A stretch of DNA of 64,000 nucleotides from an uncultured Spirochaetota bacterium (lineage in GTDB: Bacteria > Spirochaetota > Spirochaetia > SZUA-6 > Fen-1364), in contig CAVTHO010000007.1 in the NCBI GenBank assembly GCA_963734545.1, positions 96,001 to 160,000 on the forward strand. The letters are read 5' to 3'. A program made the position numbers and the translations under genes. The notes under the pieces were generated by a model. The model worked only from the letters and a program-made list of their open reading frames with translations. It was not told where the DNA came from and searched no databases. This document shows, in pieces, positions 49,509 to 58,897 of the stretch (position 1 is the stretch's first letter; every line of letters starts with the position of its first letter).

Positions 49509-51542
49509 ATGCTGCTGGTGGTGATGCCTCCCGCCCTGCTGGTCGCGTTCGGCCTCCTCTCCCTCCTCACCGGCCGGCTGCCACGTGTCTCTCACATGGT
49601 GGGTGCCATGGGCGCGGTTGCGGCGAGCATCATGGGCCTGGTCCTGTCCATCGCCGCCCTGGCCCAGGGGCAGACCTACACTATCGCGCTGCAATGGAAC
49701 GCGGCGATCGGCGCTTCCTTCACCGTGGGGTTCGATCCGCTCACGGGGCTCTTTCTCCTTCCGATCTACGGGCTCTCCGCCATCTGCGCGCTGTTCGGCG
49801 CCGGATATCTCGCTCATTTCCGCGGCCACCGCGGCCTGGGGAGCCAGTGGCTCTTTTACGGCCTGCTGGTGGCGAGCATGGCCCTGGTGGTCATGGCAAG
49901 GAACGCGGTCCTTTTCCTGACGGCCTGGGAGCTCATGTCCCTGTCCTCGTGGCTGCTCGTCACCTTCGAAAGCGAACGGGAGGAAGCGCGGCAGGCGGGC
50001 ATCACGTACCTCGTGGCCACGCAGATCGGCACGGCCTTCCTTCTCGTCATGTTCCTTGTCCTCGGCGCTGCCCCTGCTTCCGCCGGATACGGGAGTACCG
50101 GTGCGGGGAATACCCCGTACGCAGGCGCCGCCCTCGATTTCGCCGGGTTCACGCAGCTGCCGGGGCCTGCAGCGGGCGTCGTGTTTCTGCTCGCGCTGGC
50201 GGGTTTCGGCACCAAGGCAGGCATCGTGCCGCTGCACACCTGGCTCCCGGAGGCGCACCCGGCGGCGCCGTCGCACGTGAGCGCCCTGATGAGCGGCGTC
50301 ATGATCAAGACCGGAATCTACGGCATCCTGCGTACGCTCTCCTTTCTCGGCGCGCCTCCCGCGTGGTGGGGATGGACGCTCGCGTGCGTCGGCGCCGTGT
50401 CCGGCATCGTCGGCGTGCTCTTCGCCCTGGCACAGCATGATATCAAGCGGCTGCTGGCCTACCACAGCGTGGAGAACATCGGCATCATCTGCCTCGGCCT
50501 CGGCGTCGGACTTCTCGGCGTGAGCTATGGCGCCCCGCTCGTCGCCGTTCTCGGCTTTGCCGGCGGCCTCCTGCACGTCGTCAACCACGCCTTGTTCAAG
50601 GGACTGCTCTTTCTCGGCGCAGGGGCGGTTGCGCAGGCCGCCGGTACGCGCGAGATGGACAGGCTCGGCGGGCTGTTGAAGAAGATGCCGCTGACGGGCG
50701 CGGCGTTTCTGATCGGCGCCGCAGCCATCTGCGGCCTGCCGCCTCTCAACGGGTTCGTGAGCGAGCTCCTCGTATTCACGGGCGCGTTCAAGGCGGTGAG
50801 CCTGCAGTCCCTGCCGCACGCGGCCGCCGCGGCCGTCGTGGTGGCAGCTCTTGCCCTGGTGGGGGGGCTGGCAGCCGCCTGCTTTACCAAGGCATTTGGA
50901 ATCGTCTTTCTCGGTGAGCCGCGGTCTGCCGCGGCCGCAGACGGGAGAGAGCCAGGGCCTTCCCTGCTCGTGCCGATGCTTCTCCTTGCCGCCGGTTGCG
51001 CGGCGGTCGGTCTCCTCGGCTCCCTTGCGGTCTGGGCCATCGCGCCCCTGGCGGCGCAGCTGGCCGGCCTCCCTTCGTCCGCCGGCACGGGACTGCTCGA
51101 GCCGATGAGAGCGGGTCTGCGCACGGTGCTCGGGATTGCAGGCGTCTTCGCCGGGCTGGTCGCCGCGCTGGCGCTCCTGCGCGCGGTCCTGCTGCGTGGA
51201 CGGAAAGTGACGCGCGAACCGACCTGGGACTGCGGCTACATCAAGCCGGATGCCCGCATGCAGTACACCTCTTCGTCCTTTGCCCAGCCTCTCACGGAGA
51301 TGTTCCGTGGTCTTCTCTCGACGCACAAGCGGGGAGCCCCGATCGGCCGTCTCTTCCCGGTGGAATCGAGCTTCTCCACCGAGACGCCGGATGTTTTTTC
51401 CGTGCGTTTCCTCAGGCCGGGAATCAGGGGCGTGGGCGCGCTTCTCTCCAGCCTGCGCTGGCTGCAGCACGGCAGGCTCCAGCTGTACGTGCTCTATATC
51501 GCTGTTGCCCTCGTTGCGCTCCTCGTGTGGAGGCTTGCCTGA
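49509..51542 (+). CDS. hyfB: Hydrogenase-4/Ehr membrane subunit B (antiporter-like)
   Basis: FLTAWELMSL, TKAGIVPLHTWLPEAHPAAPSHVSALMSG, LLAYHSVENIG, TWDCGY. Confidence 0.9.
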   Translation: MLLVVMPPALLVAFGLLSLLTGRLPRVSHMVGAMGAVAASIMGLVLSIAALAQGQTYTIALQWNAAIGASFTVGFDPLTGLFLLPIYGLSAICALFGAGYLAHFRGHRGLGSQWLFYGLLVASMALVVMARNAVLFLTAWELMSLSSWLLVTFESEREEARQAGITYLVATQIGTAFLLVMFLVLGAAPASAGYGSTGAGNTPYAGAALDFAGFTQLPGPAAGVVFLLALAGFGTKAGIVPLHTWLPEAHPAAPSHVSALMSGVMIKTGIYGILRTLSFLGAPPAWWGWTLACVGAVSGIVGVLFALAQHDIKRLLAYHSVENIGIICLGLGVGLLGVSYGAPLVAVLGFAGGLLHVVNHALFKGLLFLGAGAVAQAAGTREMDRLGGLLKKMPLTGAAFLIGAAAICGLPPLNGFVSELLVFTGAFKAVSLQSLPHAAAAAVVVAALALVGGLAAACFTKAFGIVFLGEPRSAAAADGREPGPSLLVPMLLLAAGCAAVGLLGSLAVWAIAPLAAQLAGLPSSAGTGLLEPMRAGLRTVLGIAGVFAGLVAALALLRAVLLRGRKVTREPTWDCGYIKPDARMQYTSSSFAQPLTEMFRGLLSTHKRGAPIGRLFPVESSFSTETPDVFSVRFLRPGIRGVGALLSSLRWLQHGRLQLYVLYIAVALVALLVWRLA

Positions 51543-51544
51543 CA

Positions 51545-52456
51545 ATGACCGGCCCCGGGTTCGCCGCACTGCAGCTTTTCATCGGTCTCCTCCTCGCTCC
51601 GCTTTTGCCGGCTGTGATCAATCGCACGAAGGCGAAATTCGCGGGCCGCAAGGGGCCGCCTCTCGTGCAGGGGTATGTGGACCTGGCCAAGCTGCTGTCC
51701 AAGGCCGCCGTGTACAGCCGCACAACGACCTGGATCTTTCGTGCCGGGCCGACCGCGGGGCTCGCCGCCGTGGTGATTGCACTTGCCATGCTCCCCTGGG
51801 CAGGGGGAGAAGCGCTGGTGTCATTCGCGGGGGATATGATCCTGTTTGCGACTCTCTTCGGGCTGGCGAGATTTCTCACGATCCTTGCCGCCCTCGACAC
51901 CGGGTCCGCCTTCGAGGGCATGGGCGCGAGCCGGGAGGCTTGGTTCTCCGCCCTCACGGAGCCGGCGCTCCTTCTGGCGCTCGCAGCGCTCGCCCGGCTT
52001 TCCGGCAGCCTTTCCCTTTCCGGCATACTGGGCGGGCCGGGCGTGGGCGGAGGGGCGGGGGCCGCGCTGCTGCTCGCCGCGGGGGCCGCCCTGGTGGTCT
52101 TTCTGGCTGAGAACGCGCGGATACCGGTGGACGACCCGGAGACACACCTCGAGCTCACGATGATCCACGAGGTAATGGTTCTCGATCACTGCGGAGTCGA
52201 TCTTGCCTACATCCAGTACGGCTCGGCCGTAAAGCTGTGGGCGCTCGGAGGGGTGGTGGTGTCGATGCTTGCGCCGAGGACCGGTTTCTGGCTGGCAGAT
52301 GCGGGCATCGGCCTTGCGGGGATGGCGTGCGTCGCGGTGGCCACGGGTGTTCTGGAATCGGTGACAGCCCGCCTGCGTCTCGCGCGGGTGCCGCAGCTCC
52401 TGGTCGCGGCAATCGCCATGGCGGCCCTGGCGATGGCGCTCGCCCTGGTGAGGTGA
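51545..52456 (+). CDS. hyfC: Hydrogenase-4/Ehr NuoH-like membrane subunit
   Basis: GRKGPPLVQ, DTGSAFEGMGASRE, ENARIPVDDPETHLELTMIHE. Confidence 0.88.
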   Translation: MTGPGFAALQLFIGLLLAPLLPAVINRTKAKFAGRKGPPLVQGYVDLAKLLSKAAVYSRTTTWIFRAGPTAGLAAVVIALAMLPWAGGEALVSFAGDMILFATLFGLARFLTILAALDTGSAFEGMGASREAWFSALTEPALLLALAALARLSGSLSLSGILGGPGVGGGAGAALLLAAGAALVVFLAENARIPVDDPETHLELTMIHEVMVLDHCGVDLAYIQYGSAVKLWALGGVVVSMLAPRTGFWLADAGIGLAGMACVAVATGVLESVTARLRLARVPQLLVAAIAMAALAMALALVR

Positions 52457-52460
52457 AGCT

Positions 52461-53115
52461 GTGACGACCTCCGTCGAAGGCTTTCTCGTCATTCTCATGC
52501 TCACCAATCTCTGGCTCCTCGGGTCGAGCCGGTCTGCTTTCCTGCATTGCGGCGGTGTCGGTCCAGGGGGTTCTCCTGGGCCTGCTTCCCCTGGTCATCG
52601 GCATCGACGCCCCGCTGTGGCGCCTGATTCTCCAGGCAGCCATCAGCATAGGTTTCAAGGGCATCGCCCTCCCGCTCCTGCTTCTGCGCGCCGCGCGCTC
52701 CGTCGATGTGCGACGAGAGGTCGAGCCCTTCGTCGGCTACTCGGCTTCCCTCCTGATCGGGGTCGTGGTTCTCGCCGTCTCCCTTTTCATCGGGCTTCGT
52801 CTGCCCATCCACGGCTGGAATGCGCCGCTTCTGCTCGTGCCTGCGGCCCTGTTCACCGCGCTCACGGGCCTTTTCATCATCGTCAGCAGGAGATCCGCGA
52901 TTGTCCAGGCCCTGGGATACCTCGCAATGGAAAGCGGCATTGCCGCTTTCGGTCTTGCGCTTGCCGAGCAGGAGCCGCTCCTGATAGAGATGGGCACATT
53001 CCTGGACGCGTTCGTTGCGATCTTTGTGATGGGGATCACGATTTATCACATCAGCCGCGAGTTCGACCACATTGACGCGGACCGGCTTTCGAGCCTGAAG
53101 GACTCGCCCCAATGA
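52461..53115 (+). CDS. hyfE: Hydrogenase-4/Ehr membrane subunit E; +1 frameshift near 52533
   Basis: GSSR(T)LLSCI..VQG, REVEP, GYLAMESG, IEMG. Confidence 0.85.
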
Positions 53116-54716
53116 TACTCGCCCTCATCGCCCTGCCGGGCTTCGCTGCCATTGCCGCATTTTTCATTCGCTCTCATTCCCTGCGTCGATCTCTCCTCGT
53201 GACGGTCGCCGTTCTGCAGGCAGGCCTTGTCAGCTGGCTGTGGATCGACCCGGCCCGGTTTCCGCCGCTGGGGAGCTGGCTTGCCGCGGATGCGCTGGGC
53301 AGGCTCTTCCTTGCGATTGCCAGCCTGCTGTTTCTGGCGGTCTCCGTGTCCGCCGTCGGGTTCCTTCAGAAGGAGAGCGGCGCGACACGGGCGGACACGG
53401 AGGAGGGATTTCTTTTCGGCAACGCCCCCGAGGCGGTCTTCACCGCCTGTCTGCTCGGGTTTCTCTCCACCATGACGCTCGTGACCGTGAGCCAGCACTT
53501 CGGGCTCCTCTGGGTTTCCATCGAGGCGACCACGCTCGTCAGCGCTCCCCTCATCCACTACCACCGGCACCACAGGTCGCTGGAAGCCACCTGGAAGTAC
53601 CTCCTGGTCTGCTCGGTGGGGATTGCCGTGGCCCTGCTCGGCACCTATTTTCTCGCGGCCTCCGTGCCTTCGGGTATCGGCGCCAAATCCGCCGAATACG
53701 TCGGCGGTTCCGCCGTTTCACTTACGTTCTCCGGGCTCGCACGAAATGCCGCGCGCCTGGACACAGGCTGGCTGAAGGCAGCGTTCCTGCTGCTCCTGGT
53801 GGGGTATGGAACCAAGATGGGGCTGGCGCCCATGCACACGTGGCTTCCCGACGCCCACAGCGAAGCCCCTTCGGTCGTTTCCGCACTGCTCTCCGGTGCG
53901 CTGCTGAACTGCGCCTTCCTGGCCGTGCTCCGCATCCTGTCGGTATGCGCGGCGGCCGGTCTCGGCGGGTTCGGCAGGCAGACCATCCTGGTCCTCGGCC
54001 TGGTCTCGATGGCGGTGGCGGCAGGGCTGATCATCGGCCAACCGGACTACAAGCGGATGCTCGCGTACTCGAGCGTGGAGCACATGGGGATCCTCTGCGT
54101 GGGAATCGGGCTCGGCGGGCTCGGAGACTGGGGCGCCCTCTTCCAGGCGGTCAATCATTCGCTCACAAAGGCCGCGCTCTTTCTCCTGGCCGGCAATTTC
54201 CTCGCTGCGTACGGAACCAAGAAGTCATCCGACGTCGACGGGGCGGTCCGCACCCTGCCGGTCACGGCGGCCTTGTGGATTGCGGGACTCTTTGCCATCA
54301 CCGGTGCACCGCCATTCGGCCTGTTCTCGAGCGAGCTCACGATCCTGCGGGCCGGTGTGAACGCGGGCGCCTGGGCCGTCGTTGCCGTCTACTCCTTTCT
54401 CCTTGCCGCCGTGTTCGTCGGGATGATCACCATGCTCCTGCGAATGGGGAGGAATGCCGCCCTTCCACGGTACGGGAGTGCGCGAGTACGCGCTCGGCCC
54501 GAAGGCCGTACCGGTTCGGCGAATGCGCCGTACACCGCGGCAGGAGGCCTCGGAATCGCGCGCGCCGCCGCCGCGCCGCCCTTGCGCGCCGGTGAGTCGG
54601 TGCTCAGCGTCGCGGCACCGCTCGTCCTCCTGGTCCTCACCGGCGTGCTCGGCCTGTTCATTCCGGGGTTTCTCGACACGGTGTTGAAGCAGGCCGCTCT
54701 TCTGCTGGGGGTATAG
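53112..54716 (+). CDS. hyfF: Hydrogenase-4/Ehr membrane subunit F
   Basis: IEATTL, SLEATWKY, GYGTKMGLAPMHTWLPDAHSEAP, KRMLAYSSVEH. Confidence 0.9.
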   Translation: MILALIALPGFAAIAAFFIRSHSLRRSLLVTVAVLQAGLVSWLWIDPARFPPLGSWLAADALGRLFLAIASLLFLAVSVSAVGFLQKESGATRADTEEGFLFGNAPEAVFTACLLGFLSTMTLVTVSQHFGLLWVSIEATTLVSAPLIHYHRHHRSLEATWKYLLVCSVGIAVALLGTYFLAASVPSGIGAKSAEYVGGSAVSLTFSGLARNAARLDTGWLKAAFLLLLVGYGTKMGLAPMHTWLPDAHSEAPSVVSALLSGALLNCAFLAVLRILSVCAAAGLGGFGRQTILVLGLVSMAVAAGLIIGQPDYKRMLAYSSVEHMGILCVGIGLGGLGDWGALFQAVNHSLTKAALFLLAGNFLAAYGTKKSSDVDGAVRTLPVTAALWIAGLFAITGAPPFGLFSSELTILRAGVNAGAWAVVAVYSFLLAAVFVGMITMLLRMGRNAALPRYGSARVRARPEGRTGSANAPYTAAGGLGIARAAAAPPLRAGESVLSVAAPLVLLVLTGVLGLFIPGFLDTVLKQAALLLGV

Positions 54717-54717
54717 G

Positions 54718-56241
54718 ATGGCGAAACAGAGCCATCTCGAGCTTCACAACGGCGCCGCCTCCGATGCGGCGCGGGTGCCCGTGCTCTCCACCGATGCGTG
54801 GCGCGACTTCGTGAAGAGTCGGGTGCAGGACGGCGCTGAAATCACGGCGCTTTTCGGCATGCCGGAACATTCAGGCGCAGGCAGGGGCGCGCGCTTTCTG
54901 CTCTACGCGGTGCTCGCCGAGCACGCAACCGGCGCGCTTCGCGTCGCCCGCACGCGTGTGACGGGCTCGTGGCCCTCCCTGACAATTGATTGTCCCGCCG
55001 CACACTGGTTCGAGCGGGAGATCGCGGAGCAGTGGAACCTCGTGCCGGAGGGGCACCCCTGGCTGAAGCCGATCCGCTTCCAGCCGGCCATGCGGGGCGC
55101 CCTGCCCGGCAGGGAGTCGCCGCCCATAGGGGATGCGCAGTTCTTCCGGGTGGAGGGGGAGGAAGTGCACGAGGTGGCCGTGGGCCCGGTGCATGCGGGA
55201 GTGATCGAGCCGGGGCACTTTCGGTTCCAGTGCCACGGGGAAACGGTCCTGCACCTGGAAATCTCGCTCGGGTACCAGCACCGCGGCATCGAGCGCGCGC
55301 TCCTGGGCGGTCCGGACGTACGCTCGATCCACTATGCCGAAACGCTCGCCGGGGATACGACGGTGGGGCACGCCACCGCATACTGCGAAGCGTTGGAGGC
55401 CCTTGCGGGGCGCGAGGCGCCCCCCCGGGCGCAGGCAATCCGCGCCATTGCGCTCGAGCTGGAGCGTGCCGCCAGCCACGTGGGAGACCTCGGCGCGCTG
55501 GCAGGGGACATCGGATTTCTCCCCACGGCGTCGTGGTGCGGCCGTCTCAGGGGCGACCTTCTGAACATGACGGCGCTCATCTCCGGGAGCAGGTTCGGCC
55601 GTGGCCTCGTGAGGCCCGGCGGCGTCGTGTTCGACCTTGACGAAGAGATGGCGGGCGAGCTGCGCCGCCGGCTTCGGTCCTGTGCGCGTGACGCGGCCGG
55701 CGCGTGCGAGCTCCTCTGGCGGTCCCCGTCCGTCGTTGCCCGGTTCGAGGGCACAGGGATGCTTTCCGAGCGGACGGCGCGGGAGATCGGCCTCACCGGT
55801 CCTGCCGCGCGCGCGTGCGGAGTGGACCGTGACGCGCGGCGCGACCTGCCCTCCGGCATCTGGCGGTTTTCGCAGGTGCCGGTTTCCACGTGGCGCACGG
55901 GCGACGTTTTCGCCCGCGCGTATGTGCGGTGGCTCGAAGCGCAGAGGTCCTTCGCGTTCATCGAGGACCAGCTCGGGGCGCTCCCCGCGGGAGACATACG
56001 GGTTTCCCTTCCCCCGCTCGCGCGCGGCGCGGTGGCGGTGAGCGTGGTGGAGGGCTGGCGGGGGAGCATCTGCCACGTCGTCCTCACGGACAGCCGTGGA
56101 AAGTTTGCGCGCTACAAGGTCGTGGACCCTTCATTCCGCAACTGGTTCGGGCTCGGCCTGGCGATGCGCGGCCAGCAGGTGTCGGACTTTCCGTTGTGCA
56201 ACAAGAGCTTCAACCTGTCCTACAGCGGACACGATCTGTGA
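54718..56241 (+). CDS. hyfG: Ehr large subunit (HycE/HyfG-like, NuoC+NuoD) lacking Ni-binding CxxC motifs
   Basis: FEREIAE, GPVHAGVIEPGHFRF, ETLAGDTTVGH, VEGWRG, DFPLCNKSFNLSYSGHDL. Confidence 0.88.
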   Translation: MAKQSHLELHNGAASDAARVPVLSTDAWRDFVKSRVQDGAEITALFGMPEHSGAGRGARFLLYAVLAEHATGALRVARTRVTGSWPSLTIDCPAAHWFEREIAEQWNLVPEGHPWLKPIRFQPAMRGALPGRESPPIGDAQFFRVEGEEVHEVAVGPVHAGVIEPGHFRFQCHGETVLHLEISLGYQHRGIERALLGGPDVRSIHYAETLAGDTTVGHATAYCEALEALAGREAPPRAQAIRAIALELERAASHVGDLGALAGDIGFLPTASWCGRLRGDLLNMTALISGSRFGRGLVRPGGVVFDLDEEMAGELRRRLRSCARDAAGACELLWRSPSVVARFEGTGMLSERTAREIGLTGPAARACGVDRDARRDLPSGIWRFSQVPVSTWRTGDVFARAYVRWLEAQRSFAFIEDQLGALPAGDIRVSLPPLARGAVAVSVVEGWRGSICHVVLTDSRGKFARYKVVDPSFRNWFGLGLAMRGQQVSDFPLCNKSFNLSYSGHDL

Positions 56242-56250
56242 GGGTGTGAC

Positions 56251-57016
56251 ATGCTGCGAATTCTCACGAGAAAGACTGCGGCAGGGACGCCGCACCATGC
56301 GCTTTCCGCGCGGGGAACCGCCTGCCCTCCCGGCGCGGTTCCGCGGGCTTCCCGTCATCGACCAGTCGCGGTGCAAAGGCGGCTGCGACGCCTGCATGGA
56401 TGCGTGTCCCACCGGGGCCCTGTCACGGGGCTCCGACCGCATGCTGAAGATAGACCTGGGCAAATGCCTGTTCTGCGGCGACTGCACGGCTGCCTGCCCG
56501 ACAGGCGCCATCTCGTTCAGCAACGACTATCGGCTGGCCGCCCGCAACCGCGAGGACCTCGTGATCGGCGTGAAGCGGCTGCGCCTCGCCGAAGCCCTCG
56601 GCAGGGATCTGCGGAGACTGCTGGGCAGATCTCTCCGACTGCGCCAGGTAAGCGCCGGCGGCTGCAGCGCCTGCGAAGCCGACGCGAATGTTCTCACGAC
56701 CGTCGGATGGGACATGGGGAGATTCGGCATACAGTTCGTGGCGTCTCCGCGACACGCGGACGGTCTCCTGGTGACGGGCCCTGTCACGCTGAACATGCGC
56801 CACGCCCTGGAGAAGACGTACGCGGCCGTGCCGGAGCCGAAGATAGTGATCGCCTCCGGCGCCTGCGCCATATCGGGAGGTCCCTATGCCGGTGCGCCGG
56901 AGGCGAGCGACGGGGTGGCGGGAATACTGAAAGTGGATCTCTTCGTGCCCGGCTGTCCTCCGCATCCTCTCACCCTGCTCGACGGCCTCCTGCGGCTGCT
57001 CGGCAGGATCCGCTGA
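56251..57016 (+). CDS. hyfI: Fused 2x[4Fe-4S] ferredoxin + NuoB/HycG-like small subunit; +1 frameshift near 56269
   Basis: CDACMDACP, CLFCGDCTAACP, GGCSACE, ASPRHAD, GACA, VPGCPP. Confidence 0.85.
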
Positions 57017-57022
57017 GGGACC

Positions 57023-57961
57023 GTGCGCGCACACCTTGCGGGGGTCCGCGGGCAGGCAGCCCCCTATCCCGTGCTCGCCATCGGCGTGGCCGCCGTCTCC
57101 TCCGCCGCCCTCCTGATCTCCCTGGCGCGCGCGCAGGGCGTTCCCGCACTCGCAATAGCCGCCCTCAGGATGAGCATCGCCGGGCTCGTGATGGGGCCGA
57201 TCGCCGTCCTGCGCTGTCGGCAGGAGATCCGCGGCCTCGCGGTTGTCGAGACTCTGACCGCCGCGGCCGCGGGGGTCTTCCTTGCGCTTCACTTCGCGTT
57301 CTGGATCAGCTCACTTGACGATACGTCGGTCATGAGCTCGGTTGTCTTTGTCAGCACCAGTCCGATATTCGTCGGCCTGGCATCCGTATTCCTGTTGAGA
57401 GAGCGGATGGGGACGCCGACGATCATCGGAATAGCGGTCGCGATCGTCGGCGCGGCGTTCGTCGGTCTCTCGGATCTCGGCCAGCCCGGGAGGCATCTGC
57501 TGAGGGGCGATCTGTTCGCGCTGCTGGGCGCCGTCTCCGCCTCCGGCTACCTTCTCATCGGCAGACGCGTGAGGAAGAAGATGTCCCTCACGCTTTACGT
57601 CGGGATCGCCTATCTGAGCGCCGCGCTCATCCTCCTCGGCGTCGTCGGCGTGACGGGCACCGGGCTCGCAGGCTATCCGCGCGAAGGGTATCTCTGGGTT
57701 GCGCTCCTCGCCGCAGGGCCGCAGCTCCTCGGCCATACCGCGTACAACTGGGCATTGAGATACGTGTCGGCCACCTTCGTCACGGTGACCCTCCTTGCCG
57801 AGCCGATCGGCGCGACCCTGCTCGCAATTGTCTTTCTTTCACAGGTGCCTTCCGCGCTCAGGATTGCCGGCGGCGTCTGCATACTTGCGGGAATCCTTCT
57901 CGCCGCGCGCGGAGAATCGCGCGGGAAAGAATCACCGGAGAAACTGCCCCATGCCGTGTAA
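57023..57961 (+). CDS. DMT/EamA-family transporter
   Basis: About ten TM segments; LALHFAFWISSL, QLLGH, LAEPIGA. Confidence 0.9.
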   Translation: MRAHLAGVRGQAAPYPVLAIGVAAVSSAALLISLARAQGVPALAIAALRMSIAGLVMGPIAVLRCRQEIRGLAVVETLTAAAAGVFLALHFAFWISSLDDTSVMSSVVFVSTSPIFVGLASVFLLRERMGTPTIIGIAVAIVGAAFVGLSDLGQPGRHLLRGDLFALLGAVSASGYLLIGRRVRKKMSLTLYVGIAYLSAALILLGVVGVTGTGLAGYPREGYLWVALLAAGPQLLGHTAYNWALRYVSATFVTVTLLAEPIGATLLAIVFLSQVPSALRIAGGVCILAGILLAARGESRGKESPEKLPHAV

Positions 57962-57991
57962 CCAAATCGTCCGAAGGGTGTTTACATTTTT

Positions 57992-58092
57992 GAGACAAGA
58001 CGGAGTCCAAATTCGTAAGGGGCAAGTTTCACCTCCTTTCCTTGTCCCTGTGTCTCGCCCGGGGGATAGGTGTTACCTATCCCCACATTTTT
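57992..58092 (+). ncRNA. Candidate structured small RNA or leader with an anti-SD loop and terminator-like hairpin
   Basis: GAGACA/TGTCTC closing stem, ACGGA/TTCGT hairpin, GGGGCAAG/CTTGTCCC stem with TTTCACCTCCTTTC loop, then GGGGATAGGT-GTT-ACCTATCCCC-ACATTTTT. Confidence 0.5.
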
Positions 58093-58117
58093 CCGCGCGA
58101 CGTAAACGGAGGCTCTC

Positions 58118-58897
58118 CTGCGCATTCTGCTGATCTGCCCCATACCTCTGGAATACACCGTGTGCCGGACTACTCTTGTCCTGCGCGACGCGCAGGAAGT
58201 CCTGGGCTGCAAGACCGCCCGCGGGTCCGTGGGAAACATCGATATCATGGCGATGGAGACCGGCCCTGCAAAAGCGAGGGTCGCCACCGCGACCATCGGA
58301 GGCATCGATCACTTCCAGCCGGATCTCGTCGTCGACACCGGTACCTGCGGCGCCATTGACGGACAGCTCATTGTCAGGGCGGTTGTTCTCGGTCTGTCCT
58401 GCCTCGAGTACGATATCTCCGGCAATGGTCTGCCTCACCGGATAATTCAGGAAATGAAGCTGCCGTCAGCCTTCGATTTTCTCCCCCGCCGCGAGGCGCA
58501 GAAGCTCGTGCGGAGTCTGACGGAGCTCGGCAAGGATCGGGGGCTGCACCTGCGGGCCGGCGTGCAGGCATGCGGCGAATTCTTCATCCAGTCCGCCGAG
58601 GTCCGGGAGTCCCTGTTCGCCCTGAGCGGGGCCACGGCGTGCAACTGGGAGACGGCGGGCGTGTTTGTAGGTTCCCTGCGCGCGTGCATTCCCCCGCTCA
58701 GCCTCCGTGTCGTGTCCGATCTCGGCGACGAGAATTCGCTGCGCGACTTCCGCCGCAATGCACGAAAATGCTCACAGGACCTCTACCGATTCCTTCGGGA
58801 CGGGTTGGAGTCGGGATGGTTCGCCGCGTTTTACGAGCAGTGGAAAACTGTTCCACGGGGCCTGGTGGACAAGATGCCCCAGAGGGTGTTGCCGTAG
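58118..58897 (+). CDS. MTA/SAH nucleosidase-like protein (PNP_UDP_1 family), apparent CTG start
   Basis: RILLICPIPLE, TGPAK, DTGTCGAI, CGEFFI, NWETAG, LRVVSD; GGAGG 5 nt before the CTG. Confidence 0.78.
   Translation: MRILLICPIPLEYTVCRTTLVLRDAQEVLGCKTARGSVGNIDIMAMETGPAKARVATATIGGIDHFQPDLVVDTGTCGAIDGQLIVRAVVLGLSCLEYDISGNGLPHRIIQEMKLPSAFDFLPRREAQKLVRSLTELGKDRGLHLRAGVQACGEFFIQSAEVRESLFALSGATACNWETAGVFVGSLRACIPPLSLRVVSDLGDENSLRDFRRNARKCSQDLYRFLRDGLESGWFAAFYEQWKTVPRGLVDKMPQRVLP

Noticed and set aside
54718-56241. Functional [NiFe] hydrogenase
   Set aside because: Both Ni-binding CxxC motifs are missing.
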